DNA of 64,000 nucleotides from Octopus sinensis (GCF_006345805.1 NC_043004.1:27590001-27654000); one strand, 5' to 3'. Counted from the stretch's first letter, positions 39,541 to 52,624 are shown. Translations and numbers: made by a program. The notes: generated by a model not told the origin, from the sequence alone.

Positions 39541-39822
39541 ATCTATACAATATGTTACATTACTCGGTAGTCAAGATAAAACTCTGAGTTTCAGATGCCG
39601 AAGTGGAAATCCACAACACCATCTCTTCGGTTATCTGGCTATTTGAAAACGTCTTAATATTACATAGATTATTCTATGAAAAATATACCATTAATATTAC
39701 ATAGATTATTCTATTTTCAAATAGCCAGATAACCGAAGAGATGGTGTTGTGGATTTCCACTTCGGCATCTGAAACTCAGAGTTTTATCTTGACTACCGAG
39801 TAATGTAACATATTGTATAGAT
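39541..39822. repeat. Perfect 109-bp inverted repeat with a 64-bp spacer
   Basis: 39541-39649 is the exact reverse complement of 39714-39822; the spacer holds two copies of TAATATTACATAGATTATTCTA. Confidence 0.95.
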
Positions 39823-41050
39823 ATATATATATATATATATATATGATAGAGATGTGAGCATATTCACTTTTCACGAGTAAACGTTTTCATCAATTGCTTT
39901 CATACTTGGGATGCATGAATAATTTGACCTCAGACAAATAATAGGCTGTACATTTGATTTTCTAATTGAAAATTATTAAAAATAAAAAATATTGCTTTTT
40001 ATATTACATTCACATCTTTGAAAGTTTTAAAAATATTCACTTTCGGTTTTCTAGCATCAGTGATGTAACATATCTCTTTATGTATATCTCTCTATAGATC
40101 TCTATCTCTATCTCTCTGTAACATATCTCTGTATCTATATCTCTTGTTTTCACTTTCATTTTTCAGTTGCTATTCTTTTCACTTTCAATTCTCATATGCC
40201 ATTGTTTAACTTACTTGTTATTGTTTTCACCGTAAGTCTAAGTTTTCAATCACTATTTACAAACAAACAACAACAAATTACTGACAGAAAGAAGTTCACA
40301 ATTACTGATGTAAGTAATTTCATAATTTACCGACAGAAGTATCTTCATAAATTTCAGTTCAATCGGTACAGTCTTCTGTTTTTCTGTTGTTGATAGTTTC
40401 TTTCTGGTTCCTTTGATACTGATGACCTGTGAAACTACTGCCAATTAAAACATATTTTCCATCGTGATTTAAATTTTGCAACAAACTTTTGCTCTTTTTG
40501 AGAATGTGCATGACCTTAACTAAACACAAACAAAATGTGTTGTTTTTTTCTTTTTGCATGATAATTTCAGTTCAAAACAGATGAGAAAAATTGGTTAGGG
40601 GGTGCCTGACCCAGCAATAAATTTCTCACATTGCATGATTGCTCTTCTGTAATTATCTCATTAGTATGGCCAAGAACGTTTGACAGACAAGAATGCTTGT
40701 ATAATTTTGCAAATGATTATTATGTGTCAAGCAACTGATATGTATTTTACTCTTAATTCCTTGATTGATTTATTACATTTATTGATATGTTTATTTATAT
40801 TTCTTTATGAGCCAGTTGTTGTTTTGTGTGCTTTTGTTTTTAAAAAATTAAACAACAATATATTTAGTAAATTAATGAATATGTATACAAATCAATGCAT
40901 CATTAATTGAAAGTAAACAAGAGATCAAAATTATCACTTAACAATCACACAACAAACCATACAATTATTGTTGTTGCTGTAACTGTTGTATAATGTAACA
41001 GGGATGGTTAAAGTGTACTGGCATTGCAACGAGAGAATTACAGAAGAATG

Positions 41051-41586
41051 TCTCGTTAGGATGACTTGTTGGAGGGAAGTGCAGAATCACCTGCCTCTGA
41101 CAAATCATCCTAACGAGATGTCTGCGTTGGCTGGGTCATGCCCTCCATCGTCAACCAGGAGAATTCATCAATGAAGCAATTGCCTCAGCTCCCCTTCAGG
41201 GTTGGTGAAAGCGATGTGGTGGACAACGAAAAACCTGGCTGATGACAGTCAAGGCTGATCGGGAACCCAACCTAGGCCCCCATATCTACGGAGCTCGCTG
41301 CTGGAATGGAATAAAGAGTGGTTGGAGATCACGTGGTCGTTAGCCTCAAATCGCCAGGCCTGGTCGGCGTTGGTGAGAGATGCAGCATGGAGGATGAATG
41401 AAGCCAGCTGAAACCCAACCCGGGTGAATGCTGGAAGAAGAAGAAGAAGAAGAAGAAGAAGAAGAAGAAGAAGAAGAAGAAGAAGAAGAGAAGAAGAAGA
41501 AGAAGAAGAAGGAGAAAAGAAGAAGAAGAGGAGGAGGAGGGAGAAGAAGAGGAAGAGGAGGGAGAAGAAGAGGAGGAGGAAGAAGA

Positions 41587-41625
<39 letters not shown>

Positions 41626-41715
41626 AGAAGAAGAAGGAGAAGAAGAAGAAGAAGAAGAAGAAGAAGAAGAAGAAGAAAAGAAGAAGAACAAGAACAACAA
41701 CAACAACAACAATTA
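41051..41715 (+). mobile_element. RTE LINE 3' end with 5' fold-back and long (GAA)n tail
   Basis: LRWLGHALHRQPGEF..GGQRKTW..NRQAWSALVRDA; (GAA/GAG)n at 41432-41690. Confidence 0.85.
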
Positions 41716-43079
41716 AGTAAGATGTAATTGAAGATGTTAATCTTAAGTTTAGCAAAAATCTTATGATTAAGCTGTTTTCTACAGAAGAGGAAAATCTTGG
41801 ATATATGGTCATCTTAAGCTATTCTTTTCAATCTATCAATCTTCTATTGTGGCTAATTTACAAAATGGATTCATTAAATAAAAAAACCTTATGATATTTG
41901 ATTACATCTCTTTATGTTCTCAATTTTGTCAACTTTGTCATTCTATTTCCTGAAAGTTTTAGAAGTAGTATCAGACAAGGTTCTAAGTTCAACATAATCC
42001 AGCATACCCAGCATGGTCAGAAGCCAATGGCTGAAACCAGTAAAAGTATAAAAGAATATAGCTTGCAGTCTTAGATTACTTTCTGAGTTCAAACCCCAGC
42101 CAGGTCAATTTTGCCTTTTATTTATGTCCTGGTCAACATAATAAGTACTAACTAATGATTATGACTAATGATTGTGTGTGTGGTCATAGTGAACCTAAAG
42201 CGTTTTCATAGTTTTGCTTGGTTTCCTCCTCGTAATGGCCTCTCAGAGAAGATGTAGTCTCTGCAAGACAACAGTGTAGGAGAGAGACAACATTGAATAG
42301 AAGCTGAAAATGTGTAGAGGTGGCACTATGGGTCTGACAGACAACTTATATTGTGTGGATGGCTTGATAAAACACTGTCAGTCTCTGTACTGTAAAATGG
42401 TTTGCGATAGGGGTGACATCCAGCTGTAAGAACACAGACAAACATCCCCTATGTTGTTAATGTCGCCAAAAGACAGGTAGAAATTTGTTAGTGAATGAGT
42501 GAATAAACAGTCAATCAGTTAAAGGTGGAAACAACCAGCCATGTGTTGCCAAACAATCTGACAAACAATTAGAAATCAATCTGCTTACCACAGGAAACTC
42601 GACTCTTCTTGTCAGGTACAAATTGTTCGTTGCTATCAACATTGGTCAGATGATAAGTTGGACTGGAGAAATTATAGAGATGCTATTGTAGAGCCAAATA
42701 AATGTGCTGAGTACAAGGAGTAAAATAAAAGAAAGCCTCAAGTAGACTCCATATGAACAAAGAACACAGGTACAAATTCTTAGAGGAGAACTGTGCTGGA
42801 ACAGGTGAAGTAGGCAGAACGTGGATAAAGTAATTAAGACAGAATAATTAAGTGTGACAGAGTAATTAAGTTTAGACTGTTCATGTGAAACATGACAGCA
42901 GCAGTTATCTATGTATATGCACCACAATCAAGATGAACAGATGAACAAAAAGATTTTTTTTTATATGAGACCTTCTTGAGGACCATCTTGGCAATGAATG
43001 ACAGCATCTTTGTTATCATGGTTGGGAACTCTAATTGAGCTGTTGGTCAACATCATTGGCTAGAGAATTTATGGAGAAG

Positions 43080-43668
43080 CAATAAATCATGTCCTTTATG
43101 TGAATTATATAAGAATATGCACAGGGATAAAATTTCATTCAAAAGCATAAACCCAGCCAAGGTATGAAAATGCATATAGGATAGAACAAATGTGTCAGGG
43201 CTACATGGAAATGAGGCAAAAATCCAGAACATTTAATTAGATACAAACACTGGGATTATGCAATAAGTTAAAAGCAACTTATAAAAATTTCTAGAAGTCA
43301 AGGAAATTCATACAATGCGACACAGAGAAATGAAGGGGAACATTAAAAAAGAGTAGTATGGAAGAGTCAGACTAGCTTTAAAAGACTTAATGGAAATAAG
43401 ACAATAGATGTAAATACACTAGTTATCATAATTACAGATACTAAGAGATAAGAGGATTGAAGACCTTAGAAAGAAAAACCAAGGAACTTCTAACAGTGTT
43501 CCAAAATCACTCTCCCAAACTGATACAGATAGAATATATCTACCCTGTACATAACAAGGGTGGGATGGATTAAATGCTAATAAAAAATGCAAAACAAGAA
43601 AAGCTAAATTTAAAAAATAGAAATAAACAAAGAGACTCTGGTTATGTAATAAGAAAACATATAAAAAC

Positions 43669-43719
<51 letters not shown>

Positions 43720-44150
43720 GTTCAAACAAACAATAAAGTACAACAAAGTAGAAACTAACAACACTGACGATAAAGATTTTGATGAGGGCAAGAGAGAATG
43801 GTAAAAAAAAAAATAATATACAAAAGTCAAAATCAAAATGGAAAAGTATTGAAAGAAAAGTGTTGAGTAAAACCACTACATGGTCAATATCCTGCATAAG
43901 TCCACCAGGAGAAATAATCCAAGGTGAAAGCTAACAATGGTTTATAAGTTTCAGACTAAAAGCTGAAACAGAACATCTGATTTTGATTGTGTAAGATCAT
44001 TGCCTAGCCATAAGCAACTACAGAGTAAAATATCAAACAAAGATAGCAGTGGACTATGGACCACATCATTTTCTGGCTGACCAGTTCTTGCTTTGCCCCA
44101 GGATGGCCACTGACATGACTGGGTCAGCTGATATCGGCAATATACCAACA
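43080..44150 (+). mobile_element. Highly degraded R4/Dong-like RT C-terminal region
   Basis: DRIYLP..GWDGL, KPLHGQYP and LKAETEHLI resemble the motifs in 34258-35299. Confidence 0.65.
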
Positions 44151-44189
44151 CTGAAATGTGAAAATAGATAAAAAGTGATGAAAACATGT

Positions 44190-44573
44190 GGTGGTGGAAG
44201 CACTCCGTTGGTTACGATGACGAGGGTTCCGGTTGATCCGATCAACGGAACAGCCTGCTCGTAAAATTAACGTGTAAGTGGCTGAGCACTCCACAGACAC
44301 GTGCACCCATAACGTAGTTCTCGGGGATATTCAGCGTGACACAGAGAGTGACAAGGCCCTTGAAATACAGGTACAACAGAAACAGGAAGTAAGAGTGAGG
44401 GAAAGTTGTGGTGAAAGAGTACAGCAGGGATCACCACCATCCCCTGCCAGAGCCTCGTGGAGCTTTTATGTGTTTTCGCTCAATAAACACTCACAGCGCC
44501 CGTCTGGGAATCGAAACCGCGATCCTATGACTGCGAGTCCGCTGCCCTAACCACTGGGCCATTGCGCCTCCAC
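44190..44573 (-). mobile_element. Full-length tRNA-derived SINE with TSD (third tail type)
   Basis: Same head as 2625 and 13458; 13-bp TSD GATGAAAACATGT at 44177-44189 and 44574-44586. Confidence 0.92.
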
Positions 44574-44999
44574 GATGAAAACATGTATACAGCATAACAC
44601 AGGATAATGGACTCACTACTATCATATGGACGTACCTGTCAAGAGACTAAGAAAACAATTAAGACAAACTACCATGATATAATAACCACTGACTGAAATG
44701 GAAATATCTGTGTGAGTCTGTGTGAGTTGAGTTCATATAAGGGATGACTGTATGTATTGTGTGCAGATAGTACACTATTAGAATTGTGGAAATGAACTGA
44801 AAACGCCATGTGTAGGATGTGGGTTATGTCTGTTGGTTATCTCAATGCCTTCATTCTCCAAAACATGGTGGAGAAACTATCAGGGTATTAGGGTCTTGAA
44901 ATTATAAAAAAACAGGATGAAGAGTAATGCCAAAAGAAATGGCACTAGGTGTTTTGCCTGGTAAGCTTAAGCTTCTGCCAGCTCAATGGCATAATAATG

Positions 45000-45053
<54 letters not shown>

Positions 45054-46407
45054 TTGATAGCTTCCGTTACCTAAGTGACTAAGTCAGTAGCAGGGGTGGA
45101 TGCTCTGAAAGTGTAGCTGCTAGAATAAGAATAGCCTGGGCAAAGTTCAGAGAGCTCCTTCCCTCTGTTGGGGACAAAGGGCCTCTTGCTCAAAGTAAAA
45201 GGTAGACTGTATGATGCATGTGCGTGAACTGCCATGCTACATGGCAGTGAAACATGGGCTGTGACTGCTGAGGACATGTGTAAGCTTGCAAGGAATGAAG
45301 CTAGTATGCTCTGCTGGATGTGTAATGTTAGTGTGCATACACGATAGAGTGTAAGCATCCTGAGAGAAATGTTGGATTTAAGAAGCATCAGATGTGGTGT
45401 GCAAGAGAGACAACTACGCTGATATGGTCATGTGTTGCGAATGAATGAGGACAGCAGTGTGAAAAAGTGCCACACCCTAGCAGTTGAGGGAACTTGTGGA
45501 AGTGGTAGACCCAGGAAAACCTGGGATGAGGTGGTGAAGCACGACCTTTGAACATTGGGCCTTACAGAGGCAATGACTAGTGACCGGGACCTTTGGAGAT
45601 ATGCTGTGCTTGAGAAGACCTGACAAGCCAAGTGAGGCCATAGCCCATGGCCTATGCCAGTGGGTGTAACCAGCCTATTTATGAATACCCCTCATTCACT
45701 TGACAATAAACCTTGCTTGTGAAGACCTATTGAGGCAAGTGAAATCAAAATCAAAATCAAAATTTCTGACATGGCTAATGACAGTACCGCCTGATTGGCA
45801 CTTGTGCCTGTGGAACATTAAAAGCACATTCGAACATTGGGTCTAACCAGAGCATTTATGAGTACCCCTCATTCATTGGACAATGAAGTTTGCTTGTGAA
45901 GACCTGTTGAGGCAAGTGTAAACAAACCAAAATTGCTGATGTAGCCGATGACAGTACTGCCTGATTGGCACTCATGCCAGTGGAACATTAAAAGTGCATC
46001 CGAGCGTGATCGTAGCCAGGGCCACGGATTGCCTCCCGTGCCGGTGACACATGAACAGCACCATTTGAGCATGATCATTGCCAGCATTGCCTTACAGGCA
46101 CATGTGACAGTGGTATGTGAGAAACAACATTTGAGCATGGTCATTGCCAGTGCCACCAGACTGACTCCCATGCAGGTAGCACGTATAAACACCTTTTGAG
46201 CATGAGCATGGTCATTGCCAGAACTGCCCGACCGGCCTTGTGCCGGTGGCATGTAAAAAGCACCCACTATACTCTAGGAGTGGTTGCCGTTAGGAAGGGC
46301 ATCCAGCTGTAGAAACTTTGCCAGACCAGCTCACCAGTCCTCAGTCAAACTGTCCAACCCATGCTAGCATGGAAAACAGACGTTAAACGATGATGATGAT
46401 GATGATG
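45054..46407 (+). mobile_element. 5'-truncated RTE LINE with long 3' UTR, inserted in (TAA)n
   Basis: RIRIAWAKFRELL..KVKGRLYDACA; (GAT)n tail; possible TSD AATAATG at 45047-45053 and 46408-46414. Confidence 0.9.
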
Positions 46408-46411
46408 AATA

Positions 46412-46990
46412 ATGATATGCCAGAAGTATGGATACAAGGTAACAGATGCTTGGTACCAACATACATTGGAAAAGATAAAGGACAAAAAGGGGAAAGCAAA
46501 AATCTTCTGGGACATTGACTTCCAGACAGACAAGGTGTTAGAGCACCAAAGGCCAGATATAGTAACCCTTAAGAAGGAGAAACAAGAGTACCTAATAAGC
46601 GACAGGCCAGTGCCAAGAAACCAACATATTATGAAAGAAAGAGAAAAGATTGATAAATAAGGAGACCCGAGAATTAAGATTGCTAAGATGTGGCAGCTAC
46701 GAGAGTCAAACCTAAAGGTTGTTTCTGTTGTCATCGGAGCATTGGGTTCAATACCACCCGACCTGAAAAATTAGCTGGAAACTTTAGAAATATACTACAA
46801 TCTAGGTGTATTGCAAAAATTGGCATTACCTGGAACTGCATGCATATTGCATAAAGTACTGTCTGTCTGAGGTCCTTGTTGTGACTTGGCAGTCAGTACA
46901 ACCCCTCCCACGCCAGGTACATGTAATATCTTCAATCAATACCAGCATGATATTGGATTCCATGTGACGTCTTAAATAATAATAATAATC
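46412..46990 (+). mobile_element. R4/Dong RLE 3' fragment ending in (TAA)n
   Basis: KIFWDIDFQTDKVLEHQRPDIV, VVIGALGSIP and LQKLAL.GTACIL. Confidence 0.88.
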
Positions 46991-47205
46991 CGTTTTACTA
47001 TAGCTACAAGGCCTGAAGTATTGGTGGGTGGGGAAAGACGACCACATTGACCTCAGTACTTGACTGATACTTAATTTATCAATCCCAAAAAGATGAAAGG
47101 CAAAGTAAACCTAAGAGGTATTTGAACCTAGAGCATAAAGATGGACAAAATGCCGCTAGCAATTTTGCCCAATGCGGTAACTATTTTGCCAGTTCACTGC
47201 CTTAA
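46990..47205 (-). mobile_element. tRNA-derived SINE, second family
   Basis: Homologous to 9250-9462. Confidence 0.75.
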
Positions 47206-47254
47206 TAATAATAATAAAATAATAATAATAATATAAAATAATAATAATAACATT

Positions 47255-47509
47255 GCTAGCCTCGCCTGGCACCTGTGCAGGTGGCACGTAAAAAGCACCC
47301 ACTACACTCATGGAGTGGTTGGCGTTAGGAAGGGCATCCAGCTGTAGAAACATTGCCAGATAAGACTGGAGCCTGGGGCAGCCTTCTGGCTTCCCAGATC
47401 CCCGGTCGAACCGTCCAACCCATGCTAACATGGAGAACGGATGTTAAACGATGATGATGATGATGATGATGATGAATAACAACAACAACAACAGCAACAA
47501 CAAGAATAA

Positions 47510-47552
<43 letters not shown>

Positions 47553-47660
47553 ACTACTAATAATAATAATAATAATAACAATAATAATAATAATGGTGAT
47601 ACCAATGATGATGATGATAGTCATAATAATTGCATCAATAACAGCAATAATAATATTAAA
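47255..47660 (+). mobile_element. RTE tail followed by a compound (GAT)/(AAC)/(AAT) microsatellite
   Basis: Same tail family as 14808-15005. Confidence 0.85.
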
Positions 47661-48171
47661 CGACTAAGAAATTTAATTTAATTTTCCCAGTACCTAAAGC
47701 TCTATACTTGATTAATATGTAGATAAAGCACAATTTATACAGTCATTATGGACAACTAATTACTGAACTCATCCATTTACCCCCCCCCCCCACACACACA
47801 CACACACACACACTTGTACATTAAATGTAAAACTGACTGCTCAAAAAAATGTGCAGAAATTCTATTTCAACAGCTTTGTAATTAATGTTTTAAAATTCTC
47901 AGTAAAATAGTCTTTTATATGAACACATACATACATATATATGCATGTATGTGTGTGTGTGTGTGTATATATATATGCGTATGTGTGTATATATATATAT
48001 GTATGTATGCATGTATATATATATATATAAATATACATATATGTGTGTGTGTGTATATATATGTATATATATGTATATACATATATGTATATCTCTATAT
48101 ATATATATGTATGTATATATATATATATGTATTTATATATATGTATATATATACATATATATATATATGTA

Positions 48172-48255
<84 letters not shown>

Positions 48256-48262
48256 ATATATT

Positions 48263-48312
<50 letters not shown>

Positions 48313-48430
48313 GTATATATATGTGTGTGCATGTGTATATATAGGGAGAGTTCACAAAAAAACAAAAGACAAAGACAGGTGGTGTACAAAACAAACAGAT
48401 GTATTAGTATAACGCTCAGGAATAGAAAAA

Positions 48431-48470
48431 GTCTTTTACGTTTCGAGCCTACGCTCTTCTACAGAAAGGG
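48431..48470 (-). ncRNA. Hammerhead-like motif with variant core (CUGUAGA-A), in a Penelope-like repeat at 48345-48500
   Basis: Stem II GAGC-GUAG-GCUC, GAAAC-GUA, stem I CUUU/AAAG; the conserved A6 is U. Confidence 0.5.
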
Positions 48471-48529
48471 ACACAGAAAAAAAAACGAGAGAAACAATCA
48501 ATTGTATATATATGTATGTATATATATGT

Positions 48530-48732
48530 AAGTTTATGTGTGTGTCCTTGTGTTTCTCCCTCATCTCTACTTCACAACTGGTGTTCGTTTATTTACATCC
48601 CCATAACTTACTGGTCTCACAAGAAGAAACTGATAGAATAAGTACCAGGCTTATCAAAATAAAAAAAAGGACTAGGCAGTGTCTCGTATTTTTGTTTGCC
48701 CACTCAGTTGTATCTTTCAATTTATCTTTGTG

Positions 48733-48763
<31 letters not shown>

Positions 48764-49035
48764 GGATTTTGTAGACAGAAACTGAAACAAATCATTCGTA
48801 TGTATATATGCAAGTGTATGTGTGTGTCTTTATCTCTGTGTTTCGTCCTCATCACTGCTTCACAACTGCTGTTCATTTATTTACATCCCCATAACTTACT
48901 GCTTTCACAAGAACAAACTAATAGAATAAGTACCAGGTTTATCAACATAAAAAAAGCACTAGGCTGTGTCTCATATTTTTTTGGCCCACTCAGTTGTATC
49001 TATCAATTTATCTTTGTATGTGTGTGTGTATATCT
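48530..49035 (+). repeat. Older tandem duplication (about 290 bp) of a SINE tail plus unique flank
   Basis: 48530-48740 resembles 48820-49030, including the non-SINE CCCACTCAGTTGTATCT. Confidence 0.8.
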
Positions 49036-49042
49036 ATTTATA

Positions 49043-51309
49043 TCATCATCATCATCATCATCATCATTTAGCGTCCGCTTTCCATGCTAGCATGGGTTGG
49101 ACGGTTCAACTGGGGTCTGGGGAGCCCGAAGGCTGCACCAGGCCAGTCAGATCTGGCAGTGTTTCTACAGCTGGATGCCCTTCCTAACGCCAACCACTCC
49201 GAGAGTGTAGTGGGTGATTTTATGTGCCACCGACACAGGTGCCAGACGAGGCTGGCGAACGGCCACGCTCGGATGGTGTTTTTATGTGCCACCGACACAG
49301 GTGCCAGACGAGGCTGGCAGACGGCCACGCTCGGATGGTGTTTTTATGTGCCACCGACACAGGTGCCAGATGAGGCTGGCGGACGGCCACGATCGGATGG
49401 TGTTTGTTACGTCCCCAAAGCACGGAGGCCAGTCTATGCGGTACTGGCTACGGCCACGTTCGGACGATTTTCTTGTGTGCCACCGGCACTGGTACCACAA
49501 AGATACAAATTCCATTGATGTTCATCTACTTTGATTTGTTTTGATTTGATTTTCACTTGCCTCAACAGGTCTTCACAAGTGTCACAAGAAGGAAGGTATG
49601 CACAGGTGGACTGACTACGTCCCAGGTAGGGGCCACGGGTTATGGCCTGACTAGTCTTGCCGGGTCTTCGGATGGTGTTTTTATGTGCCACCGACACAGG
49701 TGCCAGATGAGGCTGGCGAACGGCCACGATCGGATGGTGTTTGTTACGTGCCCACAGCACGGAGGCCAGTCGATGCGGTACTGGCTACGGCCACGTTCGG
49801 ATGGTTTTCTTGTGTGCCACCGGCACTGGTACCACAAAGATACAAATTCCATTGATGTTCATCCATTTTGATTTGATTTGATTTGATTTTGATTTTCACT
49901 TGCCTCAACAGGTCTTCACAAGTGTCACAGGAAGGAAGGAAGGTATGCACAGGGGACTGACTACGTCCCAAGTAGGGGCCACGGGTTATGGCCTGACTAG
50001 TCTTGCCGGGTCTTCGGTTGGTGTTTTTATGTGCCACCGACACAGGTGCCAGATGAGGCTGGCGAACGGCCACGATCGGATGGTGTTTGTTATGTGCCCA
50101 CGTCACAGAGGCCAGTCGATGCAGTACTGGCTACGGCCACGTTCGGATGGTTTTCTTGTGTGCCAACGGTACTGGTACCACAAAGATACAAATTCCATTG
50201 ATGTTCATCTATTTTGATTTGGTTTGATTTGATTTGATTTGATTTTCACTTGCCTCAACAGGTCTACACACGTGTCACACACTTGCCTCAACAGGTCTTC
50301 ACAAGTGTCATAAGTAGGAAGGTATGCACAGGTGGACTGACTACGTCGCCGGGTCTTCGGATGGTGTTTTTATGTGCCTGCCCACAGCACGGAGGCCAGT
50401 CGATGCGGTACTGGCTGCGGCCACGTTCGGATGGTTTTCTTGTGTGCCACCGGTACTGGAACCACAAAGATACAAATCCATTGATGTTCATCTATTTTGA
50501 TTTGGTTTGATTGATTTGATTTTCACTTGCCTCAACAGGTCTTCACAAGTGTCACACACTTGCCTCAACAGGTCTCCACAAGTGCCACACACTTGCCTCT
50601 GCCTCAACAGGTCTTCACAAGTGTCACACACTGCCTCAACAGGTCTTCACAAGTGTCATAAGAGGGAAGGTATGCACAGGTGGACGACTACGTCGCCGGG
50701 TCTTCGGATGGTGTCTTTATGTGCCACCGACACAGGTGCCAGATGAGGCTGGCGAACGGCCACAATCGGATGGTGTGTGTTGTGCCCACAGCACGGAGGC
50801 CAGTCGATGCGGTACTGGCTACGGCCACGTTCGGATGGTTTTCTTGTGTGCCACCGGTACTGGAACCACAAAGATACAAATTCCATTGATGTTCATCTAT
50901 TTTGATTTGGTTTGATTTGATTTTCACTTGCCTCAACAGGTCTTCACAAGTGTCACACACTTGCCTCAACAGGTCTCCACAAGTGTCACACACTTGCCTC
51001 TGCCTCAACAGGTCTTCACAAGTGTCACACACTTGCTCAACAGGTCTTCACAAGTGTCATAAGAGGGAAGGTATGCACAGGTGGACTGACTACGTCGCCG
51101 GGTCTTCGGATGGTGTCTTTATGTGCCACCGACACAGGTGCCAGATGAGGCTGGCGAACGGCCACGATCGGATGGTGTTTGTTGTGCCCACAGCACGGAG
51201 GCCAGTCGATGCGGTACTGGCTACGGCCACGTTTGGGTGGTTTTCTTGTGTGCCACCGGCACTGGTACCACAAAGAATACAATTCCACTGATGTTCATCT
51301 ATTTTGATT

Positions 51310-51310
<1 letters not shown>
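49043..51310 (-). repeat. Hierarchical tandem array derived from an RTE 3' UTR (6 units)
   Basis: Marker GATACAAATTCCATTGATG-like at 49502, 49839, 50185, 50469, 50873 and 51275; RTE tail with (ATC)n at 49043-49220. Confidence 0.92.
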
Positions 51311-51341
<31 letters not shown>

Positions 51342-52623
51342 TAACACCCTAATGGGGGTCTTAATTCCCAAATTTTAGTAATTTCTTTTATGATCCAAAA
51401 ATAGGTCAAAAGTACTGAATTTAGGAAGTTTGGAAATTATATTCTATGCATAAGGGCCATAAACTCCATGACAATTCACATATTTTTGCTGTTGATGAAA
51501 TTTTAACCATAGATATTAGACACAAATGAAGTAATATTTATAAAATTTGATCTTCTTACAAGTTAGAAAGACCCCTCCATGGGGACTTAACACCCACAAT
51601 TTTGTCATTTTATCCAAGCAAAAAAGAATAAAGTTGTGCTCTTGGAAGCTGTAGGGTTACATAAGCATAAAGTTGAGCATTATTTGTAATTCAATGGTAC
51701 AACAGTGTAAGAGTTTGCTTTGACATACACTTACATTGTGATTCCTGCAATGTGGTGCATAAATTGTCAAGTAAATGAGAGGCATCTTTGCCTCCACTGA
51801 TTCAGGTGCAAAGTGTTGAGTAAAGTTATTTGATTGCAGTTCTCCTTTCAGCCTTTTTATTATCACTGGGTCACACATAGTCTCCAGATGGTAACATTGA
51901 TTTCAAGGCCTTCCCAGATGAGTGACTGGTTATTCAAAGAGATTTATAGATTGTAAATTTATTCTGTCCAGTTACGTATCAATATAGTGGTCATTTGCAA
52001 ACTCCAACTTTCATTTCTCCTTAGCCCTCATGTTACACAGTTGGGTCACACCCTTCCAATTGCTATAGATTTGTAATGCATCTTACGGCTGTGCCTGTCA
52101 CCTCGATGGTGAGGAATCCTACATTGGGAGTGGTAATGACTAAGGTAGGGTAACTGACTGCTTATTGTGATCATTCGTCTTTTGGTTTCCTGTAGCTTTG
52201 CTCTCTTTTACAAACCCAGTGAACATATATTTCTTATTTCAAAGAAATTCAAACAATAGATATAAGACCCAAGTTGAAAAGATTCTCAACAATTCAACTT
52301 CTCTGGTTGACATTAAGATGCCCATTCCCAACAGGGGCCTTAACTCTCACATTTTAGAGCTCCATGACCTTCATTTTTCAGGAGCAAAATCTTTTTAACA
52401 GGTTCAGTAAGACTGGAATTTTGGAATATGCGCATAAAAATCAGTAGTATGGGATACATGTGGCACGATTACAATTTTTTTAGGGTGTGTAAAGAGGGAA
52501 ATAACCCTCATCTGCAATTTTGATGAAATTCGAAACAGATATTCCAGTTCATTACATAAAAATAACAGAAAAGTCTAATTCTTCAATTGCATGTAACACG
52601 GGCAACGCCAGGTATCTCTGCTA

Positions 52624-52624
<1 letters not shown>
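51310..52624 (+). mobile_element. Putative non-autonomous Helitron (3' end clear, 5' end approximate)
   Basis: Degenerate GC hairpin CACGGGCAACGCCAGGT, then CTAG (52621-52624) followed by T. Confidence 0.6.

Noticed and set aside
39725-39780. Hammerhead in the palindrome arm (CCGAAGA...GAAAC)
   Set aside because: U4 is replaced, stem II is out of register, and there is no convincing NUH/stem I.
49043-51310. CRISPR-like appearance of 33-bp repeats in the array
   Set aside because: The intervening sequences are themselves repeated rather than unique spacers, the unit derives from an RTE UTR, there are no cas genes, and the context is eukaryotic.
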